DNA of 32,000 bases from Flavobacteriaceae bacterium (GTDB lineage: Bacteria; Bacteroidota; Bacteroidia; Flavobacteriales; Flavobacteriaceae): assembly GCA_965224465.1 (NCBI GenBank), contig OZ245049.1, positions 390,001 to 422,000 of the forward strand. The letters are read 5' to 3'. The position numbers were made by a program, and so were the translations under genes. Under the pieces are notes generated by a model. It saw nothing but the letters and a program-made list of their open reading frames with translations. It ran no database searches and was not told the origin of the DNA. Positions 15,610-23,361 of this stretch are shown here, piece by piece. Position 1 is the stretch's first letter; each line of letters opens with the position of its first letter.

Positions 15610-17537
15610 ATTCCTTGTCTTAAATGAGTTAATCCTTCTTGTATGTACGGAGGGATTACGAAAGATACTTTTGCGTTTTCTAAGTTTTCAAGAATATGTA
15701 TTGAAAAATCTTGAGCAAAGTCAGCTTTTGATGGCAGGGCTTTCCATAGCAAAATTCCTACTTTACGTTTTTCAGAATCAGACATAATATCATTATCAAA
15801 TTTTTGAGTGTATTTAATGATTTTATCAATTTTATCTAAATAATTTTGATTGACATAGTTAAAAAGAAAGTTGTCAAGTAGTTCTGTGCGATTATCCTTA
15901 ATGTTGTGAATGGCCAATTCATACTCTAAAGTTTTATAAGAGTGTAATATCTTTATGTTATCAGCATTATTTGCAACAGAATTTAGATTAGCAATTCTTG
16001 TTACCGCAGTTCCATTTTGAATGTTATAGTCTAATTCATCTAATATAGAATAATCTGTTTCTAGTAATTTATTAAAACTATAGATTGATTTTTTAGAATC
16101 CGTAAATCGGTCGTCATCTGTTAGGACTGTAATGGGCTTGTTAATTCTTTTGCTTTCTTCTTGGTTGTTGAATAGATATAAAAAAGGATAGAATGACGTA
16201 CCTTTTACATTTACGACTTCAACTCTATAATCTTCAAGTTGATAATCGTCTAAGCTTGTAAAAGATGAAAGTAAAAGTTCTTCTGAAATTCCTTCTACAA
16301 ACAATACTGATTTTGCGTAAAAAAGTTGAGACTTTGTTACGTCAATATAACGCTCAAGTTTTTTTTGACTTAATTGATAATCAATGTCTCTTAATGGAAT
16401 ATTCTTAGTTGTATCTTGAATTATATTTTCAGCTATTCTATTTTGAAATTGATGTTCTAGTTTATAAGCTTTTTTATTATCTAATAAAATTAGATTTTTT
16501 AAGGGTACTTTTGAAGTTAGAGTAGGAGAATGGGTAGTTATGAATAACTGACTATTATCTGAAGTGTTAGCACTTGTAAGAAAGTTATATAAACTTAACT
16601 GAAGTTGTGGATGCAAATGAGCTTCAGGTTCTTCAATTAAAAGGGCGTAATGAGGAATTTCGTTATCTTCAATTTGTTCTTTAACATCACCCAATACTAT
16701 TGCAATGTAAATGAGATTATTTAAACCTAAGCTATTTTGCCATAAATGGAATCCTTCTTCATTTAAAGTTTCTCTGTTATGAGGTAAAAAAGGTTTTATT
16801 GCATTGACAATATATTCTGTTTTTGATTCTTCTATTCTAAGACCAATTTTGTTGTCTAGAAATTTCTTAAAAATCCCTTCTAAATTTTGGTTTACACCAT
16901 CTCTAGTACTTATGACTTCATCTCTTTCAAGTAGCTGAGAATTTGCATCTTTCATTATTTGTTCAATCTTAGCTTCCGTTTCATTTCTTTTCACGAATCT
17001 TTTGATTACTCTTCCCAAAACATTTCCTCGAGTACTTAATAAATCACGAGTACTATCTCTTAAAGCTCCTAAATAATAATGTTGAAATAATTCAAATGTT
17101 TTGTAGTCTGCTTTTTGACCATCAATATCTCCCGTATTGTATGAAAATTGAGGATATTTTCCGTCTTTCTCCTCATAACTGATTGTTATTTTAGCATAAT
17201 CTTCTGCCGTGTCATCTGGGTCGATTACCATATATTCATAAAAAGCTCCTTTCTGCGAAATTGTAAGTCCTTTAAAAATATATGTTATTGTAATTAGTGT
17301 GGCTTTTTCAATATGGATTCCAGAGTCAGTTGTCACTTTTTTTTGGTAAAAATCATCTGATGATACTGATATTTCTCTTATCGGTTCACCAATATTGTAT
17401 AGTAATCTTATTGCATCAATTATGGCAGATTTACAACTTCCATTTTCTCCAATAATTATATTGATATTAGGGTCAAACTCTGTTTCTATAATTTCAACTC
17501 CTTTGTAATTTTCTACTTTAATATATGATAAGTACAT
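15606..17537 (-). CDS. gajA: OLD-family ATP-dependent endonuclease (ABC-type ATPase plus TOPRIM), GajA-like (643 aa)
   Basis: P-loop GENGSCKS, signature-like NSLGLNNL, Walker B/D-loop ALLIEEPEAHLHPQLQ and H-loop ITTHSP. TOPRIM Glu in VLFVEGISEE and DxD in VLTDDDR. Class 2 OLD gene order, with a UvrD helicase immediately downstream. Confidence 0.8.
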   Translation of the reverse strand: MYLSYIKVENYKGVEIIETEFDPNINIIIGENGSCKSAIIDAIRLLYNIGEPIREISVSSDDFYQKKVTTDSGIHIEKATLITITYIFKGLTISQKGAFYEYMVIDPDDTAEDYAKITISYEEKDGKYPQFSYNTGDIDGQKADYKTFELFQHYYLGALRDSTRDLLSTRGNVLGRVIKRFVKRNETEAKIEQIMKDANSQLLERDEVISTRDGVNQNLEGIFKKFLDNKIGLRIEESKTEYIVNAIKPFLPHNRETLNEEGFHLWQNSLGLNNLIYIAIVLGDVKEQIEDNEIPHYALLIEEPEAHLHPQLQLSLYNFLTSANTSDNSQLFITTHSPTLTSKVPLKNLILLDNKKAYKLEHQFQNRIAENIIQDTTKNIPLRDIDYQLSQKKLERYIDVTKSQLFYAKSVLFVEGISEELLLSSFTSLDDYQLEDYRVEVVNVKGTSFYPFLYLFNNQEESKRINKPITVLTDDDRFTDSKKSIYSFNKLLETDYSILDELDYNIQNGTAVTRIANLNSVANNADNIKILHSYKTLEYELAIHNIKDNRTELLDNFLFNYVNQNYLDKIDKIIKYTQKFDNDIMSDSEKRKVGILLWKALPSKADFAQDFSIHILENLENAKVSFVIPPYIQEGLTHLRQGI

Positions 17538-17768
17538 TCTTTCGTTTTTGGAGGTTGATTTGGTATTACAGCTAACACCCGTATATCATCAATAAACTTC
17601 CAAAACTTGACGTTATTTCCGTTATGTCTATAATAGTTTCGGGGTATGTGTTGTTTTTTTGTTAAATGTATTCAAATTTCATGAATTTTCAAGCGGTTCG
17701 CGATTTTTTTTATTGTTAATTTCAATGGTCTTGGTGTCTATCTCTGTGGTTTCTGGAGAGGCATGGTC

Positions 17769-17929
17769 TAATAAATTACAATCCAAAATAACATATATAA
17801 ATAGGTTGTTTTACATTCTAGCGTTGTTAAAAAAACAGAGCAATAGCTATCTATCCTTCCATTTTTTTACCTAACTATTACAAAAAATAATCACATTTCT
17901 AAACCGTCACTTGGAAATGTATTGGGTAT
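17769..17929. repeat. R element copy 4 (core plus distal block)
   Basis: The core is near-identical to copy 3. The distal block CATTTCTAAACCGTCACTTGGAAATGTATTGGGTAT matches copies 1 and 2. Confidence 0.8.
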
Positions 17930-18009
17930 AAGATTTAAAGAATTATATCCATCTTTATTCTAAAATCATATCATTAGAAGCTTTAAATGGTAGAAGTCCT
18001 ATCCCCAAT

Positions 18010-18050
18010 AAAAACGCTGTATCGTTATAACAAACGATACAGCGTTTTTT
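18010..18050. terminator. bidirectional Rho-independent terminator
   Basis: Perfect 11-bp stem CGCTGTATCGT / ACGATACAGCG with an 8-nt loop, flanked by an A5 run and a T6 run. Lies 45 nt downstream of the minus-strand gene ending at 18095. Confidence 0.8.
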
Positions 18051-18094
18051 AAGCCCTCTATTTTATTGAATACTATGCGTTGAACAATACACTA

Positions 18095-20002
18095 TTATTC
18101 TTTAAGTCTCACTCTATTTTTAAATACTTCGACATCGTTGATATACACCTTTACATAATATCTTTTCTTAGGTAAATAGGACAAATCAAAATTCAAATCT
18201 CCCTTGCTAAACATATAATACGTATGTGTCTGGACTATAAGTACTTCATCATCCTGAGCTACAATAGTTACTTTTACAGTTGCAGGAGTATTGGAAAAAT
18301 AACTAAGTGTAATGGGCCCATCAGTACGTGAAGGATATAAAGCAATCGAAGGTGTGTTGTCTAAATCATAGTCCAAATTTGGGTGTACATAAAAAGGATA
18401 CTTAATAACGCTCCCAAAGTCAGAATAAAAATGTTTGATTGCCTTGGCCTGTAAATCTATTATTTTTAATTCGCCCCTTCCCGCTTTTTTATTGTACCAA
18501 AATTCAAGGCCATCATTTCCATGATCTATCATTTCAAATGCATAACTCCCTTGTTTTAACGTGATGGTATCTAAATATACTGTATTTGGTTTTAAAGCCA
18601 AAGAGTCGTTTTGAAACAATACCTTTCCTTCACTCGTTTTAATGGTGTACCTATTTTGTTGCGGTTCTGCATTTGTTTTAAAATACACCACAAATTGTTT
18701 GGGTAAAATAGCAGGTCTTAGATACGTTGATGACAGGTAGTTATCATTTTTAAAAGCATCCAATTTACCGTTTGGTCTATAAATCTTAACTTGAAATTCC
18801 GCTTCTTTCTTCGTCGAAAATATATGTATTGGCAATTCAATGAACGCTGATTCCCCAAAAGCAATACTTCCTTTCCAAACAAACAACTCTTGTTTTTCAC
18901 CTTCCAGTCCATAACGTACTTTAAATTTTTTCAGAAGCTTTTTACCGTTGTTTTTTACTTTTATAATTGGAAAACCTGCTGTCGGATTGTTTCTACTATA
19001 TATCAATCGTGTTGTTGGATTCAGAATATCCACTAGTGTGATATCATTTTTTGCATTTATAGCACCGTATTCGATCACGTATGTTGTTAATAGTTCTTTT
19101 GCGCTTGGCTTCTCTGTTTTATAGGGCTCCATATTCAAATCAACCGAGTACAAGTCCCCTCCTTTGGTATCCAACAGCACTTCATCAGGTTGTAACAAAT
19201 ATCCAGGGCACCAATTCGCACGGTCAAAAATCCAAGTTCCTGCTTGCGGATACAAAGGATTCTCACCACAACTTTTCCAAACACTTTTATGGGCTACAAT
19301 ATTTCCATTAAAAAGTATATCCCGGTATTTACTACAAAACTCACCACAGCCATTGGCATCCATACCATGCCCGGTTTGATACACTTTAATTTTTGAGAAT
19401 ACTGTTTTACTTGTAGCCGTAAAAGACATTGGTTTTAAATAATTTTCTATCGGGTCTTTTTCGTCACCATACGCATAGTTACCATCATACACTTTATGAA
19501 TCGCCAAAGGATCGGCTACTGGATTTCCGTATGTAATTTCAAAATCCACCGTTACTTTCCACCCACGTTTCTTATTATCTTCATAGCCCGTATGGATATA
19601 ATCTATCACAACTTGATCTCTCAAAATCTGACTAAAATCAGTCACATCAACGTTCCATTGAAACATCCAATCATTTTGAAACCTACCACCATAAGGCGTT
19701 AGCATTCTCGCTATTTCATACACTTCACCCCCATGGACTGATTGTGCCTTAATATGATCCACATAATCCCAGTCTGCACATCGCATTTTATCAGGACATT
19801 CAAAGGTTAAGTTTAAGATAATACGTCTAATCTCTTTGTTTTTAGCAGGAAACTGAACCGTTCTTTTATAACTATTAAAGCCCTTGGATGGATTGGTTAC
19901 AATGGTCTCTCCCTGATGAGAAATCACATGTGTTATTTGTTGAGATTTCATGGAGAAATTCAGTAAGAGCATCACTATCAAAGTACTGTAAAATGTTTTC
20001 AT
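18095..20002 (-). CDS. peptide-N-glycosidase F (PNGase F)-like protein with a T9SS C-terminal sorting domain
   Basis: ECPDKMRCADWDYV...YEIARMLTPYG...VDVTDF...VDFEITYGNP and GCGEFC...FDRANWCPG parallel the PNGase F blocks ECPNKTCDEWDRY...YEIGRFITPY...IDVTDF...VDFDIVYGTP and GCAEWC...PDRAGWCPG. The C-terminal RYYVKVYINDVEVFKNRVRLKE looks like a Por secretion tail. The likely start is the MKTFYSTLIVMLLL signal peptide at 20002; the ORF track extends to 20053. Confidence 0.75.
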   Translation of the reverse strand: MKTFYSTLIVMLLLNFSMKSQQITHVISHQGETIVTNPSKGFNSYKRTVQFPAKNKEIRRIILNLTFECPDKMRCADWDYVDHIKAQSVHGGEVYEIARMLTPYGGRFQNDWMFQWNVDVTDFSQILRDQVVIDYIHTGYEDNKKRGWKVTVDFEITYGNPVADPLAIHKVYDGNYAYGDEKDPIENYLKPMSFTATSKTVFSKIKVYQTGHGMDANGCGEFCSKYRDILFNGNIVAHKSVWKSCGENPLYPQAGTWIFDRANWCPGYLLQPDEVLLDTKGGDLYSVDLNMEPYKTEKPSAKELLTTYVIEYGAINAKNDITLVDILNPTTRLIYSRNNPTAGFPIIKVKNNGKKLLKKFKVRYGLEGEKQELFVWKGSIAFGESAFIELPIHIFSTKKEAEFQVKIYRPNGKLDAFKNDNYLSSTYLRPAILPKQFVVYFKTNAEPQQNRYTIKTSEGKVLFQNDSLALKPNTVYLDTITLKQGSYAFEMIDHGNDGLEFWYNKKAGRGELKIIDLQAKAIKHFYSDFGSVIKYPFYVHPNLDYDLDNTPSIALYPSRTDGPITLSYFSNTPATVKVTIVAQDDEVLIVQTHTYYMFSKGDLNFDLSYLPKKRYYVKVYINDVEVFKNRVRLKE

Positions 20003-20166
20003 AATATAAGCTGTCTTTTTAATCTTTTCAAAAATAGCGATACGGAGCAACATTCAAATTAAATTTTCGACCAAAGTAACTTCTACCCTGTTATTGGCAT
20101 CATTTTTAACGTCGATACTTTTTAATTAACATTGAATATTCTATTTTAGCATTTAAACAAAAAAAG

Positions 20167-20673
20167 ATGCATAAACTTATACTCATCCTTTCTCTGCTTA
20201 TTTATACACAGACCAATGCTCAAAACAATCCAAGTAAAATCGCTTTTCTTGAAAAATGGGAGCATTCGAAGGTCTATCTGATTCAAATTGCAGAAGCAAT
20301 GCCAGAGAAAGCGTACGATTACGCTCCAACAGAACGTCAAATGACATTTAAAGAACAGCTTATTCATATCACAAAAAACATGGATTGGTTGACCAGTAGC
20401 TATTTTACAGCAGAAAAAATGATTCCCATCAGTACATCTGCGAATAAAAATGAAGTAATTGCCTATTTAAAAACCTCTTTTGACCATGTAAAAAAAGCGA
20501 TTGAAGCAACAAATTCAGACGAGTTCACAGAAAAAATTGATTTTTTTGCTGGGGCAAAAAATAAATTACAAATTCTAAATTTATTAGAAGACCATGTAAG
20601 TCATCATCGTGGACAACTGATTGTGTATTTAAATTTAAAAAACATAATTCCACCAAAATATATTGGTTGGTAA
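20167..20673 (+). CDS. DinB-family protein (168 aa) with N-terminal signal peptide
   Basis: Size and the C-terminal HVSHHRGQLIVYL motif are typical of the DinB/YfiT-like four-helix-bundle superfamily. Confidence 0.6.
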   Translation: MHKLILILSLLIYTQTNAQNNPSKIAFLEKWEHSKVYLIQIAEAMPEKAYDYAPTERQMTFKEQLIHITKNMDWLTSSYFTAEKMIPISTSANKNEVIAYLKTSFDHVKKAIEATNSDEFTEKIDFFAGAKNKLQILNLLEDHVSHHRGQLIVYLNLKNIIPPKYIGW

Positions 20674-20718
20674 TCATCTCTATTATTTTTAACCCAAGCT
20701 ATAGTGCTCTCTTTTAAA

Positions 20719-22686
20719 ATGAACAAAAAAACACTCAACATAGGCATTCTAGCGCATGTTAATGCAGGAAAAACAACCATTACAGAACAATTATTGTTTC
20801 AATCTGGCGCTATTAAAACACTTGGAAATGTAGACAAAGGATCTACAGTAACAGATTCTCTAGATTTAGAAAAACAACGGGGAATTACCATCCAAAATAC
20901 CTGTGTAAGTATGGAGTGGAAAAACCATCTTATCAATATTATTGACACCCCAGGCCATGCCGATTTTTCTGGTGAAGTAGACAAAGTTATTGAGGTACTA
21001 GATGGCATTGTATTGGTTATTTCTGCAGTGGATGGAATTCAAGCAAACACCTTAAATTTATGGGAGAGTTTGAACGAATTAAAAATCCCTGTCGTTATAT
21101 TTATCAATAAAATTGACAGGGCTGGAGCTGATCCGTCAGGCGTGTTCAACGAGTTAGAAAAAGAATTAAACATCAAAGGTTTTTGTATTAATTACCCTAA
21201 GGATGCGAGCACTTTATATCCTTTTTCAAAAATGAATTCTAGTGAGGAATCCATCGCCAAAAGCTATGAAAATTTGGCGGAATTAGACGATGAAATATTT
21301 GAGATGTTTTTAGAAGAAACATTGACGTATTCACCAGAAATTGAAGAGAAAATACAACGTTTTATAAATACACAACAATTAGTCGCTATTCATTTCGGAG
21401 TCGCAAAACAAGGAATTGGAATCACAGACTTAGCCAATTCTATTTGCCGTATAACACCACGCCCACTTTTAGATAGCAACGTAATTAATGCTAAAATTTT
21501 TAAAATTGAACACCATCCAAAACATGGAAAATTGGCGCATATTAAAATGTATTCTGGCAGCTTAAAAGCAAAGGATTCCATTTATATTCAACGCTTAGAC
21601 AAAACTTTAAAAGTGAATCAATTGATGCAAAGTGCTACAGGGAAATTGGAAAATATCCCTAAAATTACTTGCAACCAAATTGGCATAATTGCCGTTTCCG
21701 AAGCTATTATAACAGGAGATGTGATTGGAAATGAATTGAAAACAGGATCTAGCATTCCTAAAAACAAATCAGTTTTATCTGTTCAGATTGATGCTGTTAA
21801 TAAAAATGAATACCAAGCATTGGCAAAGGCATTGCAACAATTAGCTATTGAAAATCCAGCATTAAACTTTGTTTGGAACAAAATAGATAAAGAATTTTAT
21901 GTGGCTATTTTAGGCCCCATGCACTCGGAAGTATTACAGGATAGCCTTACACATCGTTTTAAAATAGAGGTAACCATAAACCCGCCAAAAATTATTTATA
22001 AGGAAACACCCAAAACTACAGCAGAAGGCTATGTTCGCTATTGGATGCCAAAACCATGTTGGGCAATCATGACCTTTAAAATAAGCCCTGGAGCATTGAA
22101 TTCTGGCGTTGTTTACACCTCCTCAGTAGGCGTAAACGACATTTGTCAAAAATATCAAAACGAAATAAAAAGAGCCATTCCTTGGGGTTTAAAGCAAGGA
22201 GTAAAAGGATGGGAAGTCACAGATATTATTATAGAATTGATACAAGGAGAAGACCATACCGTGCATTCCAATCCAGGTGATTTTTTATTAGCGACCCCTA
22301 TGGGAATTCTTCGAGGAATAGAAAAAGCAGCTACCCAATTATTAGAACCGTATTTTAATTTTGAAATAAAAGCAACTCAAGACTTATTAGGAATTATACA
22401 AAGTAGTTTGGTGAAAATGACAGCAACAATTGGGGCACCCTATTTTGAGGGGGACATTTTTCACTTAAAAGGGACTGTAACCGTTGCAAAATCCTTGGAA
22501 TACCCTATTGTATTTAATACGCTTACGGGAGGAAAAGGCCGCTTAAAATTAAAATTCGGAGGCTATCAACCTTGCGAAATGAGTCCCGATAAATTACGAA
22601 AACACATAGGAGTTAACCCTTTGGATGAAGCACAATGGATACTACACAATAGAGGAGCTTTTAAAGCAGATGACAGATTGAGCTAA
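20719..22686 (+). CDS. Tet(M)/Tet(O)/Tet(Q)-like ribosomal protection-type GTPase (EF-G paralog)
   Basis: NIGILAHVNAGKTTITEQLLFQSGAI..LGNVDKGSTVTDSLDLEKQRGITIQ....MEW....INIIDTPGHADF..EV parallels the Tet(M) N-terminus almost block for block. NKID G4 motif present. About 655 aa. The ATG at 20719 is preferred over the GTG at 20704. Confidence 0.75.
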   Translation: MNKKTLNIGILAHVNAGKTTITEQLLFQSGAIKTLGNVDKGSTVTDSLDLEKQRGITIQNTCVSMEWKNHLINIIDTPGHADFSGEVDKVIEVLDGIVLVISAVDGIQANTLNLWESLNELKIPVVIFINKIDRAGADPSGVFNELEKELNIKGFCINYPKDASTLYPFSKMNSSEESIAKSYENLAELDDEIFEMFLEETLTYSPEIEEKIQRFINTQQLVAIHFGVAKQGIGITDLANSICRITPRPLLDSNVINAKIFKIEHHPKHGKLAHIKMYSGSLKAKDSIYIQRLDKTLKVNQLMQSATGKLENIPKITCNQIGIIAVSEAIITGDVIGNELKTGSSIPKNKSVLSVQIDAVNKNEYQALAKALQQLAIENPALNFVWNKIDKEFYVAILGPMHSEVLQDSLTHRFKIEVTINPPKIIYKETPKTTAEGYVRYWMPKPCWAIMTFKISPGALNSGVVYTSSVGVNDICQKYQNEIKRAIPWGLKQGVKGWEVTDIIIELIQGEDHTVHSNPGDFLLATPMGILRGIEKAATQLLEPYFNFEIKATQDLLGIIQSSLVKMTATIGAPYFEGDIFHLKGTVTVAKSLEYPIVFNTLTGGKGRLKLKFGGYQPCEMSPDKLRKHIGVNPLDEAQWILHNRGAFKADDRLS

Positions 22687-22823
22687 CTATCAATAAATGA
22701 GGTAACAAATTGAATTTAACACGTTTAATAAACATGTTCAAACATCTATTAACCAATAATTAACGTTTATTTTAACTATTTATGCATTATAATTTTAAAT
22801 TATTTTGTAAATTTGCTTGAATT

Positions 22824-23243
22824 ATGAGCATAAGTACAAAAAAAATAACATCCATTTTAATGACATTCGTCGTATTATTTTCTACGATGTCATTTACTAT
22901 TAGTGAGCACTATTGTGGTGATCAATTAATGGATACTTCTTATTTTTTTACGGCTGATTCTTGTGATATGATGGATATGAAAACTGCCATTCCTTCTGAT
23001 CGATGTCAAATTGGAACCAAAGATTGTTGTTCCAATCACACCGAGTTTATTCAAGGCAGTTCTGAACTTAATCCCTTAGCTTCTTCTTTAAATTTTGAAC
23101 AACAGGTATTTCTTACCTCTTTTGTATTCACGTACATTAATTTGTTTCAAGGATTAGAGAAAAACACCATCCCTTTTAAAAACTACACAGCACCACTCAT
23201 TGTCAAAGACATACACGTGGTAGACAGTGTTTTCTTAATTTGA
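22824..23243 (+). CDS. small Cys-rich membrane-anchored protein (HYC...CC type) preceding the RND pump
   Basis: N-terminal TM segment. Motifs SEHYCGD and KDCCSNHTEF. Sits directly upstream of the CusA/CzcA-like gene, an arrangement common in Bacteroidota. Confidence 0.5.
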   Translation: MSISTKKITSILMTFVVLFSTMSFTISEHYCGDQLMDTSYFFTADSCDMMDMKTAIPSDRCQIGTKDCCSNHTEFIQGSSELNPLASSLNFEQQVFLTSFVFTYINLFQGLEKNTIPFKNYTAPLIVKDIHVVDSVFLI

Positions 23244-23361
23244 TTTTATGTACTATTTAAGAGCCCCCTTCCCAATTAATTTGGCAAAGGGTATCTTTGT
23301 TTTGCATCATTTTATGCAAAAAAATGTTATTTCATTCATTTTTTAGTAAAATCATTTTCAC

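Noticed and set aside
17659-17874. Plus-strand 71-aa ORF upstream of gajA
   Set aside because: It runs straight through R copy 4, a repeat that is non-coding in its other three occurrences. It is hydrophobic and low-complexity.
5579-17929. R elements as integron attC sites or a CRISPR array
   Set aside because: Spacing is several kilobases and irregular, and the units contain genes, so this is not CRISPR. The core lacks the canonical attC R''/R' boxes (GTTRRRY and its inverse), and no IntI-like integrase is in the window. An integron-like mechanism is retained only as a hypothesis.
18718-19702. ORFs 18718..18912, 19081..19311, 19164..19379 and 19496..19702
   Set aside because: They are embedded in, or antisense to, the PNGase F-like gene and have no motifs. 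They are treated as shadow ORFs.
20146-20367. Minus-strand 73-aa ORF overlapping the DinB-family gene start
   Set aside because: It is antisense to a better-supported ORF and has Cys/Phe-rich, low-complexity composition.
20704-20718. The GTG start at 20704 for the Tet-like GTPase, and the ATG at 28283 for the adaptor
   Set aside because: For the GTPase, the downstream ATG at 20719 gives an N-terminus matching the family norm, with the G1 motif close to the start. For the adaptor, the downstream ATG at 28316 gives a signal/TM segment at the very N-terminus. The alternative starts cannot be excluded without experimental data.
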